Below are positions 35,705 to 49,041 of a stretch of DNA of 64,000 nt, one piece after another (within the stretch, counting starts at the first letter, position 1; the number at the start of each line of letters is the position of its first letter). The stretch spans positions 68,200,001 to 68,264,000 of the forward strand of contig CM060732.1 in assembly GCA_030704615.1 (NCBI GenBank), given 5' to 3'. This stretch comes from Takakia lepidozioides. Lineage: Eukaryota; Plantae; Bryophyta. Under the pieces are notes generated by a model. The model was not told the DNA's origin. It worked only from the letters and a program-made list of their open reading frames with translations, and did no database searches. A program made the translations under genes and the position numbers.

Positions 35705-35945
35705 GGACTGGTATCATGGTATCAGTGTTGGACTGGTATCATGGTTTTTTGATACCACTAGGGTAAATGTATTGGGGTACAGTTGAATTATTGAAACCAG
35801 TATGGTACTGGTATCAAATTATTTATAAATTTAATAGCCTGGTATGGTATATGGTATGGTATCAAAGTGAAAATGTGACTGGTATGGTATTAAACAAACT
35901 TATAAAATTCAGACTAGCCTGGTATGTGCCAGGGGGGTACCAGCT
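35705..35945. repeat. Array of (C)TGGTAT(C/G)(A/G)TGGTAT motifs, probable non-autonomous DNA-transposon interior
   Basis: About a dozen TGGTAT/ATACCA units; element ends not identified. Confidence 0.55.
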
Positions 35946-36172
35946 ACACTATTGCAATTCTTTCTAACTCTTAAAAATAAAAATAAATAAATAAATAAAA
36001 ATGGACGGAGGCCCTTTAAATCATATTAAGATTTCAACTATTCAAATGGCCATTTCAACTGTTCAAATGGCCCATTTCAATATTGAAAAATATCCCAAAT
36101 GGTTGTGCTTGACTTTCAGCCTATTCATTAGGTTCATCCCATGCCATTAGTATTTACGGCGGGAGACCGTTA

Positions 36173-39100
36173 TGTACAGCCTGACCTATACTTGTTTGAG
36201 GTTATCCTAGAGCTTTGTGGCTGCATCTGGCCCCTTCATTGGTCTACGGGCCAGATCTGTTTGTAATCATGGCACCCCGTGGCATGCTGCCATGTGGGGG
36301 TATTGCCTCACCCTAGGTTTTGGGTATAAAATTGTTCCTGACCTTGAGTCAGGGCCCTTCTTCTCGTATGTACAACCTGATGTACGGGCTTCTGGACGTG
36401 CTCTGTGAGCTTTGAATGTGTGTTTGTTAGCTCTAGATATATTGTACGTGGGATCCTCTACATGTTCATCTCTCTTCTCGTGCTGTAAAGCCCGCTCCTT
36501 CCGAGCTCTCACACCCCTAGTTTAACGTGCACTTGTGAGGACGGGAGAATCTCATTCAAGCACAAAATATGGTGGAGTCTTGTGGGTAATGGCGGCTCCG
36601 CACGAACAGTGATTTTGCGCAGTTACCTCGGGTTCAATCTAGTTTTGGAAGAAAGTTTTGGCTCAAGAGGAAGTTGCGATGGCGGCGGCAACTTCACTCT
36701 TTGCGTTGTGCACTTACATTTGTTTGTCTTGCTTGTTCGTGGTGTGTTGCAATGGCTTCTGCCGTTCTCTGTAGCTTGTCAAGCGAGAGGACAGCGGATT
36801 TTGGTTAAGATAGAACTGAGAGTGGAGGTTGCAGGCTCTGACGTGGTGGGTTCCAGCCAGTTAATTGTAGGCGTTCCTGTATCTACTCCCAGTTTGCAGG
36901 TGGTGGATGGTCATCCAGTCTCGGAAGTGCCTGCAGCTTCTGCCACGTGTGTTCCATTGTTGATTCCAGGGGTTCATGTTCCTGACATTGAAAGACCTAC
37001 CTCCTCAGGCTCTAACTACTCAGTGTATGCCAGGGCAGAAGTGGCCTTTGAAGAAAGAGCCTTGTATTCGGCTCGTGGCTCAGTGAGTTTGGGCTCTTTG
37101 CCAAGCGGTGACCCTGACAGAGCTGATTACGGTTTGGGCTACGTTGAGCCTGCTTACGATCTTGAGGGGCTGCCTGATGTTAACTCGCAAATCCAGGACT
37201 TTTTTGTGTTTGACAGTGAGCAACTCGAGTTGAGTAGTGACGACTTGTGGATCGATAAATTTAAATCTCGATTTTTTGTGGGCGTCTCGCGTTTCTCAGC
37301 TACCGAACGGGAGAGAGTCTCTTTTTGGAACAGCGATCCTGCTTTACTGGTGAGAGAACTTCATAGTGTGATTGACAAAGAGCTAGCTTTGAGGAGACAA
37401 TTCAATGTGCCTATCCCCGAACTCAAAAGTCGATTTTTGTCCTATGGTGCCCTGGAATTCAGGCAGTTTGGGTTTTGCGAACAAAACTCTGTACAATCCC
37501 TTTACGTTCCGCTGGTGTCCTGCGATTTTGTGGATCCTTGGCATTTGGCTTTGTTCACCAGTGGCATTGGTGCGATTTTGTTACGATTGTTAAGATTTGG
37601 GAGTCTTGTGGTGTGTACACCTACTACCCGTGACCTTGTTGATTCTCTCACGGGTCATAGTGAGAAGGCTCTTCAAGGAGATCTTGTTATTCTTCCTCAC
37701 GAGCGATTCACTCTCCGCTCGATTCGCAAACTGAACGTTTTTGACTCCATCGGGCATTGGCCGCCGAACACTGTCTTGTCTCGAACTTGGAGAAGTGATC
37801 GTTACTGGGGGTCGGACTACACCTTGTATATGGGTTTTTGGTTCAAGAATTCCCGCGGGTGGAATTGGTTGGCTGTTGCTAAGCACGATCAAGAGACACA
37901 CAAGCTTTTGAGGATTGTGACTCCACAAGCTTGGCAGTGTACCAATGTGGTGGAAGTTGAAGATCTCCAAAAGGTGGTGATTCCTAACTAATGTCCAACT
38001 TGCCCAATAGCCGTTGGTTGCGTTCAGGCAGAAATAAGATATCTGCTGATCCTGTTATCTCCAGTCACTGAGCCTCGACATAGGACTTTTGTAAAGTCAG
38101 ATTTGGTATCAATATTGGAAGAAGGATTTAGTGGGGTTGATGCAGGTAGAAATCAGGCTAGGGCTTCCAATGGTTTTGGACCTGCGGCAGCCACTAGCAC
38201 CAGGCCTGGCTTGGGTGGTAGAATTCGGGAAAACTTGGATGTTGCAGATGATACGAGGGCCAACCTGTATGCCATGGATTTCCATGCACGACGGATGGAT
38301 GGCTTGGATCGCATAGGGGAGTCACCTCTGCAGGTCAACCTAGCATCTCAGTTTCGAGTTCCGCTCTACCGGCAGAATTGAGGTCTATTTCCTTGCATGA
38401 CAATCCTCAATTTGATCTTTCAAAAAGGTATGTCTGTCACCTCCTCTCGTGTATCTCATTCCACCACAGCCCCATACCATCCCCAGACCAATGGCCTTAC
38501 GGAACGCTTCAACCAAACTCTTTGCCGAATGTTGGAGAAGAATGGCGCACTTACCAGGGAGTGTGATACCTTTTTTCCCCCTATTCTCTTTGCTTATCGC
38601 ACCGCCGTGCATGCTAGCACCAAAAAGACTCATTTTGAGTTGTTGTATGGTCGTAAGTGTGTTTCTCCTTTGCAGTTTACCCATCTTATCTCCATTGTTG
38701 CTGATCCGGTTGATCTTGATACTTTTGTTGAGGATCTTCACGCTCGGCATGTAGTGTCTATCCATGATGCCAAAACAAACATTGGTAAGGCTCAGCTAAC
38801 CCAGGCCCGTAATTTTAACAAGCGTGTCAAGTAATCTAACATGTTTCATGTGGGACAAACCATGTGCGTTCGATTACAACATGGCTAACATGCATGCAAA
38901 TCTAAGCTCAAGATCGACGGTCCATAATTGATCTATCAGATTTTATGTGGGCGACGTGCTCTCCTTCTTCCACAAAGCTCCAATACCGAAGTGCGGGATG
39001 AACCTGTTTCTTTGATGGACTTGGTGCATTCCGAGCTAGTTTATCGTACATGTATCAATGTGGAAGGGCGCACGGTGGGGTGATGTCTTGATCTTCTCAG

Positions 39101-39780
39101 CCGATCTACTTCAGCTTGATCCTCTTATCTTCTGCGGCTTAGTCTTAGTTTGTGGATGGTGACTTTTATGGTCCTATAGCTTGACCTCTCTAGGACTTGC
39201 AAACATTTGTAGTTTTCATGGTATATCACCATTTGTATTCCCTGCACGGTTTTCCTAGCCAAGGGTTTTGTCCTCGGCCCAATTTGCAGGTGCCAGGTTT
39301 TCCCTTGGTAGGTTTCTTACCTGGCAGCAGTGGAGGGTGATATTATCCCACTTTTTACTTATTATTTATTTTCCTTCTCGGATGTCAGGATTTCGTGGTG
39401 GGTAGGTTTCACAGATGTGAAGGCCCATACTTTCCTAGGCTATAAATCTCTTTTTTCATCTTTTTTCATCGTATATTTTTTTGGCTAAAAGTGTCGTTAA
39501 ACCGTTACAATGATATCTAGGTTAGGGTTAGTTTTGGCTGGTGGCCACATCCTAGCCCTTCATCAGATCTAGGGTGATAAAACGGCGGCAAGCAACTGAA
39601 GCTAGGTCTTTTTGTATAAAGACGGTGCCCTGACACAGGTCAGGGGCGGTGTACTGGGGTGTTAGTGTATATATGAAATTGGTGTACAAGCTTTGGATGA
39701 GAGCTCCTGTGTGTCAGATCCTTGTGTTTGATCCTCCTCTCGCGCATCGCCTGCTCTTTCCGCTTGCCCCTTTGTTGTGA
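36173..39780 (+). mobile_element. Internally deleted Ty3/gypsy LTR retrotransposon remnant; boundaries approximate
   Basis: Integrase core/C-terminal part HSTTAPYHPQTNGLTERFNQTL...LFAYRTAVHAST...ELLYGR (38450-38834), PBS-like TGGTGGAG at 36570, and LTR-like TATAAA...TGAC..GTCAGGG blocks at ~36325 and ~39615. Confidence 0.65.
36582..37991 (+). CDS. 469-codon open reading frame of unknown function inside the gypsy remnant
   Basis: Uninterrupted frame of high sequence complexity. No recognisable gag/pol motif and no in-frame ATG until near the end. Confidence 0.45.
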   Translation: MGNGGSARTVILRSYLGFNLVLEESFGSRGSCDGGGNFTLCVVHLHLFVLLVRGVLQWLLPFSVACQARGQRILVKIELRVEVAGSDVVGSSQLIVGVPVSTPSLQVVDGHPVSEVPAASATCVPLLIPGVHVPDIERPTSSGSNYSVYARAEVAFEERALYSARGSVSLGSLPSGDPDRADYGLGYVEPAYDLEGLPDVNSQIQDFFVFDSEQLELSSDDLWIDKFKSRFFVGVSRFSATERERVSFWNSDPALLVRELHSVIDKELALRRQFNVPIPELKSRFLSYGALEFRQFGFCEQNSVQSLYVPLVSCDFVDPWHLALFTSGIGAILLRLLRFGSLVVCTPTTRDLVDSLTGHSEKALQGDLVILPHERFTLRSIRKLNVFDSIGHWPPNTVLSRTWRSDRYWGSDYTLYMGFWFKNSRGWNWLAVAKHDQETHKLLRIVTPQAWQCTNVVEVEDLQKVVIPN

Positions 39781-40559
39781 AAACTTGTTTCTTGAGAGGA
39801 AGGGAGTATATTCTTCAGGCTCGTTTTGAGGCTTCACATGCTGAGCACAATTTATCAACCGCTGATTCAGAAGTAGTAAGTAATGTGTGTGGAGGGAGGA
39901 GCAAAATTGATTTATTGCCTATCAAGATGTTAGGTTTTATCAGTCCCCAGATTCATCTTGTAGATCATTCTGAGCTGACGTTTGAATTCATGAAATTGAC
40001 ATCTCCTGAGGGAGCGTGGTAATCAGTAATGCGCGCGGCAACCTCAAGTAGGTGATAGACTAGACAAAACGGAATAAGATTTGATGAATTAGCATGAAGC
40101 TAGACGAGGAACGAAGATGCGAGTAGCTATAAGCGATCGAGGGCTGTTCAATTGGCTTGCTTGTCACTTGGCTATCAAGACCTAGCACTGTGTGCGAAGG
40201 TGTAGGCATCTTGATCAGTTTGGAGTAAGCAAGATCGACCTCGATCTGCAATTGGTGTGGCACCCGAAGATAACCTTTGTGCAGCTGATGATTTAGAAAT
40301 CATACAAAATGTAAGTCAAGTTCTTGACAAGTTTCAACCGGATTGATAAGGGGACTGTGGATGGTAGTCATATACATAGTTGTTGCTTGCAAGTGACACA
40401 TTGGCTCATGTGCGTGCTGTGATCGCTTCAGTTCACTGACATTCTCCAATTTGATCACTTCACTGACATTGGTGTTGCCTTGTTAAATTGGACCCACCCT
40501 TCAAATATCAAGGGGAAGTATCAGGTAGTTTTCTAGACTTTTGCACCTAAACTAAGAGA

Positions 40560-41843
40560 GCTAACCAAACCCATAATACTACCGCTCTTGCAATCCTTGG
40601 CCCTATTTCGTAATTGACGCGGCAAGAATCCACGACATGTCCATGTGTGTTGCTTTATTTCTTACACCACAACTACTTCATCGCCGTGTGGATATATTCT
40701 CCTCCACATGAATATGAGATTGTCATGGCTCACCACTTTCAATTCAGCGTAGATCATGCCGAAACCAGCTCTTTCAAGCTCCGTTCTTGCAATGAATATG
40801 AAATTGTCATGGCTCACCACTTCAAATTCAGTGTAGATATTGCCCAAACTAGTTCTTGCAATCTCCAGCCACTCTACAGTCTTTGTAGAAACTTTCAACT
40901 CCCACACACAAAAGATGCTTCTACATATTGCTAAGGGGTCATCTCTAGCAGCAACAACCCCAGTTAGCAATAGCCGCCCCTCGCTCTCTACAAGACTTCG
41001 AGGACAAACTGCAGTACCACAAACTACACTACCACATCCACCAAAATCAGGCATTTGTACAACAACTTTAGTCCACACACCGGTGCCAAGGTCACAAGCC
41101 ATCAAACTGTAGCCTCTCTCTCCAATAAATAGAGCAAAGAGAGTAGGGCCACATATCACACTTCCTTCACAATAAGCAACACCTTCTGTGGGCATCTTTC
41201 CAGTTTTGGTCCACCACTTGCAAACTAAGCCGTAGATGTCTGTTCTCCAATGTCTCCTGCTGTCGTAACAATACTTGTGTGATATGACAGACATCTCTGG
41301 GAGGATCAGAGCAAGCTCGGGGCATGACACGGCGTGAGTTGGCCATTGGACTACAACCAGATTGCTGCATCGATCCACAATCATATTCACCATGTTCTCA
41401 TTGAGGAAACGTGTTGAATTGTTGTGAGGCAGGGCAGACAATTGTCTGGAACTGTTCGACTGTCACAGAGGATTGCACACAATCCATAAACCTTTGTCCT
41501 CGGCCGTTACACAAAATAAGCCTCCATTTGCAGCACGAACGTTGTATAAGGATTGGGATTCCTTGGGGCATTTGAGTCTGATCTTGTGCCACCGTCCAGT
41601 TGTGGGGTCATACAACACGTAAATATCTTGGCTTTTATAACCGTCAAAAAACAAGAGATAGGAGGAGTCTTGGCGAAGAGGAAGAGGGAGGTGCTGAAAG
41701 AGTTGTTGGAAACCAGCAGTGGATGGGAGGGAGTTCCACAACTTGCAAACCGACTTAAAGCGGGCAAGACTTGGATATGGCAAGCAGGCCAACACTACCA
41801 TCACTAACTCGAAAGGGAGCCTGCTCCAAATCTCTTCCTCCAT
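40560..41843 (-). pseudogene. F-box/kelch-like (F-box associated domain) gene with in-frame stops
   Basis: MEEEIWSRLPFEL...SLARFKSVCKLWNS, AANGGLFC, IVCNPL*, LVESEGRLLL and VWEL...WLEIAR. Stops at 41463 and 40662 (VVV*EIKQHTW, where Tyr is expected). Confidence 0.85.
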
Positions 41844-43199
41844 ATTGCTGCTCGAGGTCGTTTCGGTGACAAAACCTCGCTAATTGTGTTCTTGTGATTC
41901 TGGGGAATGGAATGGAATGGTGCTTTATAACGTCCGCAGAAAGCTCATAGAGCTTATGAGACAAAATGGAAGAAAACATGAGAGAGGAACAAATCCAGAA
42001 ACCACAATTAATGTCCTAGCGAATGTCTAAGGGTGAAGGCAGGCTGCCAAGCATTTTTTATCCTCAGAGTGAAATACATCAGTGAGAGTTTGGGTTCCAC
42101 TGAATAAACAGTGGAATCTCCCACGGATCTCGTAGTATAGAGGAGGTATAGAGGGCAGTAGAAGAAGAAGTGTTCTTCAGTTTCAATTTCCTTGCTATGC
42201 CCTATGCAAGCTGGACATAGGCGGTCCTCCCGTTGCAGGTTTTACCATCTGCCACCTTTCAGCATCCTTATCTCCTTCCCTTCTGAGGGCATTGGGGCGG
42301 TTCAGGGTGGGTTCCCACAACCCACGGAGGTCTCAAGATTCTATCATCGCGGAGCACCAAGAATGTCTCTAGATAGAAGTGGAGCTTTGTCGTGAGATTG
42401 GGTAGCTTCCAAGCTCTCTTGACATGTAATTCCATAAGCTCTCTCCTAATTCAAGGAGCGAATTCCAAAAGAAGAAGAAGAGCTTCGTGATTGGCAAGAA
42501 TGGCGGGCTTCCCGGCAGGCTTCAAAGGCATCAAGAGATTCAACAAGTAGAGTTCCAAGTAACATTTTGGATGATAATGTTACTACTAGGTTCGAGTTCT
42601 CCGAAAGTATTTCCGTTTCCTCTGGTGCGGAGACCATTGCAAGTGGTTGTGGTAACCGGAGGCGTCTTCGAACACATGCCTTGACTGCGAGTCGTTTGGG
42701 AGGAGGCTCTGTAATATTAATGGGTTAGTGTAAGCCGTTGTATGGCTTCGAGCCGCTGGATAACATTAAGTCCAACAGATGTACAGTTGACATTACATTA
42801 TGTCTGACTGCAATGCCAAAGTTGCAATCTCTAATAAAATATGAATGTTTATCATCAATGTATGTGGACATATTCTTTCATGTCATCCTCTTCATCACAT
42901 GCCATGATTGTTCTATGTTTGGTTTTGTATGTCATCTGATATAGCAACCATTTTGTGCAAGAAGTTTTACATATCTGACCTCACATCATGGTGTAATTTA
43001 TTGCATCCTCCCAGTTTTTTCGTGAACGTCAATTTGGCAGTGGATGTTCTTCTAAAACCACAATACATACTTATATTGTCTCCAAAAAATGTTTGGAGGA
43101 TTATTGTTCATGGTTATATTGTGCATAAAATAACCAAAATAATCATATATATCGCTTTATTTCAATAATAAATTTTGTTTATTCATATTTTTCATATTA

Positions 43200-45430
43200 T
43201 TTCTGGACCAAGCAAAAGTCCATAATTAGTTAAAATAGTGTTACCATAACCATTATGGTTATTGAAATGTCTTCTCCCTTCACATTTGTGCTAGCTTTTT
43301 CGTTTGTTTTGGATTGACATGCATTTAGGCATGTTACAATTTGCTTTCTATGTTACATCTTAATAGGTCCAGGTTCCAACGATGAGTCTTTCATTTAAAT
43401 ACTTGTCCATAATATTAGGTTCTTCATTTTTTTTTTGCTTACTAGTACCCTACTAACAACACTAAGTTCTAGCGAAGTCTGGAGTTTTCCATAAGTGTTT
43501 GTCTATTTTGTAATTTAAACAAAAACCATAAACCCTTACCCTAAACCCTTACTATAAAACCCTAAACATTTACCCTTAACCCAATACCCCAGAACCGTTT
43601 GCAAATGAGAATCAACTATCCATACCATAACCATAACCATTTTGGTTATCCAAATCTCTTCAATATATCCAAATTTCCATTTTGTACCCTACAAACACAC
43701 ATTAAGTTGTAGCGAGTGCGAGTCTTCCGGCATGTATGCTCACCATTTCTGCCTTCAACCCAAGCCCTAAACCCTCGTCGAAAACCCTAAGCAAAACCCT
43801 ACGCCATTGTTACGTCTAAATCCTTACTCTTCCCCTAGGAATAAAGTATCCATACCATAACCATAACTATTTATGGTTATTCAAATCTCTTCGCCCTTCA
43901 CCTTGCGGATTGTTTTGCCTTTGGTTTGGATTGACATGCACTTACCTTTTTTTATCGAACTTTGCTTTCTATGTATCTTAATATTAGGTTCCAAGGACGA
44001 GTCTTTCATTTAAATACTTGTCCGATGCAATGACTACACTTCCATAATATTAGGTTCTTCATTTTTATTTTCCTTAGTACTACCTTACTAACAACACTAA
44101 GTTGTAGCGAGTGCGAGTCTTCCGGCATGTATGCTCACCATTTCTGCCTTCAACCCAAACCCTAAACCCTCGTCGGGAACCCTAAGCAAAACCCTACGCC
44201 ATTGTTACGTCTAAACCCTTACCCTTCTCCTGCAAATGGGAATGAAGTATCCATACCATAACCATATGTATCTTAATACCAGGTTCCAAGGACGAATCCT
44301 CAATCTAAATACTTCTCCGGCCCAATGACTCTTCCATAATATTTGTTTCTCCATTTTTTATTTTATTTTATATCCTACTAACACACACCAAGTTCTAGCG
44401 ACTCTGAGTCTTCCATATTTGTTTGTCCAATAGTGTTCTTAAACCCAAACCGAAAACCCTACCTTTACCATCACCCCTAAACCATTAATCTTACCATAAA
44501 CCAATAACTTTAGTGTACTACCCTAGTTACACTCCAAACCTTATTGTACTACCATGTTACCTCTTCTCAATATTTCATGCTCTTTTAATATTTTCTTTTG
44601 TTGGATAAGGTATGATAGAATAATTACAGGGATATCAAATTCCTCAACCATTTCTTAATTCTACCGAGTGTGAGTCTATCATATTTGTTTGTCTTTTTGT
44701 ACCCTAAATCCAAACCCTAAACCCTTACCCTTACTGTAAACCCAAACCTTATTACACTTCTCTCTAGTTACATCCCAAACCTTATTGTACTACAATAGTA
44801 CCTCTTCGGAATGTTTCATGCTATTCTAATATTTTACTGCCCTTGTCACATCCAAAACATGATTCATTCCAATGGCGTGGTATGTGAATATTGTGCTTCA
44901 TATGAAGATTCAATCAATAAATTACTAGCAAGTTGTATCGAGTATGGTAGAGTAGGAGTCTGGCCCATGTTCGATGCGACCCATTTGTTTATCGTGATCC
45001 TGCAATGGAATATTACTTTATTCGACTTCCAAGTGGACGTTCAATGAATTGTTCAATACTGCTACTTCACATTGAGCACTTCAATGTCAAATGGACCTCT
45101 TATATGACACATTTTGAAACAAGTATGACATCACTTGAAATTTCACAAAGTTCAATCACACATTACACCATGATATTATTATTATTATAATTAATTATAA
45201 TTAATTTTAATGCAAATATATATTAAGTTTAGTCCGGATTTAAGCCAAAAGTCCAGAATTAATTAAAATAGTGTTTGGTTATGGTTGTGGTTATGGTATG
45301 AATAGTTCATGGGCCATTTGCAGAAAATGGTAAGGGTTAGGGGTAATGCTAACATAAAAAGCAAGGTACTATGTCAATCCAAAATCCTAAATTGCCCAAA
45401 AAAGGAAAGTACACACTATGAGATTTGGAA
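43200..45430. repeat. AT-rich complex tandem repeat with telomere-like AAACCCTA motifs and an inverted partial unit
   Basis: The anchor AAGTT(C/G)TAGCGA recurs at ~43464, 43704, 44099 and 44390 (degenerate at ~44659). 43704-43860 is nearly identical to 44099-44260; an inverted copy lies at ~45275-45430. Confidence 0.85.
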
Positions 45431-46120
45431 AGAAAATGACGTTATATAACGACTTTTGGGAAGCGCCTGGATCTCATGGGAGAAAATGGATATGAAGAAA
45501 ACATGAGAGAGGATTAAAAGTCAGACCACCAAATAAAAACTAAGAGAAATGAAAATTGCTTAAAATTTGAACAACGGAAAAGGATATGTGAAATTCCTTC
45601 TTAAACCAGGGCCAAAGATGAGAAGTATGAAAATGAAATGAAATGAAAATTTGGTGCAGAAAAGTCGTAGAGCTTAGAGGGAAAATGGAGGAAAACCTCA
45701 GAAAAAACTTCAGGACTGGCAAATTGAAAAGTATGTCAACAACGATTGAGTAAGGCTCCTCCTAGTGTGAGACTTCAGTGAGAGAATTGGTTATGCGATA
45801 AGCAAGTCCAATGTTTCAGAGAAGGACTAGAAATAGGCTATTTTCTTTCGTTGTTAAAAACCTCTTTGACCGAATTTGAAGACTCCAGTGGTCATGCCTG
45901 CCATTTTTGTTTTTGTGATTTATATGTTATGTAGGCGAAACTCCCTCACAGGGTTTTCTTTGTTGATCAGAACGTACAGCAGGCCAAAATCCAGCACACC
46001 AGAAACAAAGGACGAGAACGTCCACTGGACATTCGAGGTTCAGTGTGACATAAGAAGATAACAAAAATGATCCCCCAACGCAAACAAGAAGGGCCATATA
46101 AAGAAGAAAATTTTTATTTC

Positions 46121-47740
46121 TTAAATCGAAGTACTGGAGTTGACCTCAACAATATGTTCTTGGTCTGGAACTCGCTCGCACGACTCGCTTTCTGACTGAC
46201 GATTAGCCTCCTCCAAATTAGCGCGCGCCTTCACTGCTTCGGCGGCAGTAATTCTCTTAGTGCTATTCCTTATCGTATTTTTTGGTGGAGACATTGTCCA
46301 CACAACATTGTTCACGTGGATCCATTGAGGGGGATCTGATGAGTTATACTCCCAAAGTTTTGACCAACAGTCCCTGTACCTTTCCAAGTTTGTTGGGTTA
46401 CCACATTTTCTCGGTCTCCACCACTCCACCTTCATCTTCTTAAAATTAGGATCCTCCCTTTCGCGGATCACGTCAGATATTGCCACCCCCATCCAGACCG
46501 GGCACGTATTTGGGTCATGAGGGCGAACGAGCACAAAAAACCCTTTCTCAATATCCTTGAACGGATTCAAGGATATTCTATCTTGGTCGCTCACACCTCG
46601 GGCCACAGTAAGGTTCTAGGATTTCATCTTCTTCTTCCAGATTTGGCACTATATGTGGATAGATTCCATCTTTGAGATGATTCTTGGACCAATTTGTTTT
46701 TGGCCAGAATCCCTCAAGAAGATGAATACACTCGGGAGCTTCTGGAATTGGCTTATCCAGCTCGATGAGAATGTTTCCCCAGTACTGGTCGTATTGTTCC
46801 ATTCGACCTCTGTAATGATCGTCAAACATCATTCATTTCGTCCAAAAATCCTTGTATTTTTTTATTCCATTCTTAATGAATGACTGTTTTTCGGAGGAGT
46901 CGTCCCCGACTCCCTAAATAGATCTCATTGGAACGGCGTCTAGGTCTCCTTCAGGGAGCTTGGGAGTCCCGTCAGGATTGGACTTCCACATCTTCAAGCT
47001 ATTGTTTGTTGGAAGCCAATCTGAATCAGTAGCGAACTTCTTGTATTTCATGACGGGCCAGCCCTCCGCATCCTTAAAAAAGCGGAAGACGTGCATCTCC
47101 AAAATCCCGACCAACGCCTCATTTCCATCCAGAATACAGCCCTTGACAAAATTCTTGAAGTCGGGAACCTCCTGAATAATCTGTGGAATGAACTGCAGAT
47201 CTTGCGAGATCATAAAAGACCTCATCAAATCCGAAAGAAACCTTCAGCTTTTTCGAAAGGTAGCTGAAGAACCCGTCGATGTCCTCATGGGTGTGTCCGA
47301 CCATTAGGAACCCTAGCTGGATTTCTTCAAAAACATCTTTGGCGGTCAGGAGGGATAGAAAAGCAAGCATCCATCCGTTCTTATTGTCCTTCACGAAGTT
47401 GTCCATTTGCAAGTACAGTCTTCTCGGAAGTGGACGAGCACCACGTTTGTCTTCCGGCCTGCAGGGTTTAAGAGCATCCAAACATCTCGATTTACCTCTT
47501 AAAAGTGATCCAAAAAAATCGTTTTGAAGTCGGTAATCGAAAATGTTCCTAGACTCGCGACAAGTTGGCTTCTCCAGCTGGCGCATGCAACGTGCCAAAG
47601 AACCAATTGTAAAGTTTGAATTTCCTTTCTAGAACTCAAGAGAATACTGTTCGTAAGCTCCATCATCTCACACTCTGTGCACTTCGCAAATGTGCTCCCA
47701 GTTTTACGAACCTGCACGTTAGGAAATATCTGACTTCGGA
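46121..47740 (-). pseudogene. Decayed DNA-transposon transposase (Sola/DUF7869-like)
   Basis: TFAKCTEC, RRLYLQMDNFVKDNKN...LAFLSLL...FLMVGHTHEDIDGFFS and HVFRFFK across frameshifted ORFs. The superfamily assignment is from memory of these motifs. Confidence 0.7.
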
Positions 47741-48347
47741 TGCGGCTAATAGCCGACTGCGAGACTCCTTCTAACCCGAAAAGTCTGTTGGTCTGTTACA
47801 ATAAAGGGGTCAGGAAAGGAACGTCCACTGGACAATGAAGGTTCGAAGCTGACAAGAAAAAAAGAACGGACTCCAAACACATGAGGACTCCCTCGGATGT
47901 TGTGGCGCCTCGTCAATCCAAGCCTGCGGGAATCCACTGTTCTTTTGCAAGACATTCCAATAAGGCTTCAATGGTACATTTCAAAACAATTTCTTCACTT
48001 TCGTTTGCAGTTTGTTTTGCAGTCCTAAACTAACTCCGTAATTTTTATACAAGCGAGTATGGAGCCGCAGAACTTCTTGAATGCGCCTCCCGACATGGTG
48101 CGTCCACTAATCTCCACTTGACAGCCGACGTTCATCTTTTCGTGATCTCAAACTCTTCGATATATGGTCTACTCTTGGTCCTTTATAGTAGTCCATTGTC
48201 GGGACACTTATGTCTCCGAAAACGTAGAGGTCACTCTGAAACTAAGAAATACTACATCGTGTTGTTTCTGACGGCGGGAACACTTAAATTGCGCAGGATG
48301 GCATCGTCCATCAACCTTCATTTGCCACATCGGGGAAGAGGAAACAA

Positions 48348-49041
48348 ATGTTGTTAATATTGAGTGTCAACGAACTCCTCTGCTACCAACCACCTCCAAC
48401 CGACGGTAAATTGTTTAAGGAGAGATTTCGTTTCAGAAAAGTTACAGTTCATGTTCCCAACAGACCTTTTGTGGTTCCCCGGCCCGGAGTCTTGGAGTTT
48501 CTCAACCTTACGTTCATGCATTTACGTGGCGATCTGGTCATGTGCTGAAAGAGATGTTCTTTGTAGGATGCTCGAGTGCTTAGTTCCTACGAAAATTACG
48601 AAGAAGTTTTGCTTCATCTGGTCAGCTGAGGATTGCAAAGACACAACCGGTTACATCATGCCTGGGATGAAATATCTCGTTAAGGATATTCGCATTGTTC
48701 TTGCCAAGTACCCTGGTACACCCTTTGCAACGCAAGGACAAATACTCCTTGTCGATGATGAACATCAAAGGGTCTCCAAAACCCACCAAATACTGGATTT
48801 TTCCCTATTTCATACAAGCCATCACCAAAGGGTTTGGTTGACTAGGATGATATGACAAAAGCTGTGTGGCCATATATATTGAAAATGGCTGCAGCTTCAA
48901 CAGTTGTAGATTACATCAGCGAGAACCCTACCAAGTGTTCTCGTAAGCCTATTGGTCGCGGCCATGCCTATTGGGCTTGGTATGGAAGATATGTTGATCC
49001 TCGTGTTTGGATCCCACAACAAAAGGAACCTGATTACCTTG
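48348..49041 (+). pseudogene. FCP1/NIF-type HAD phosphatase-like domain, frameshifted
   Basis: LLILSVNELL (degenerate DxDxT region), RPGVLEFL, VAIWSCA, FIWSAEDC and ILLVDDE, split over three frames. Confidence 0.7.

Noticed and set aside
42330-42730. Protein-like stretch (FKERIPKEEEELRDWQEWR...)
   Set aside because: No start codon, splice structure or recognisable motif could be established.
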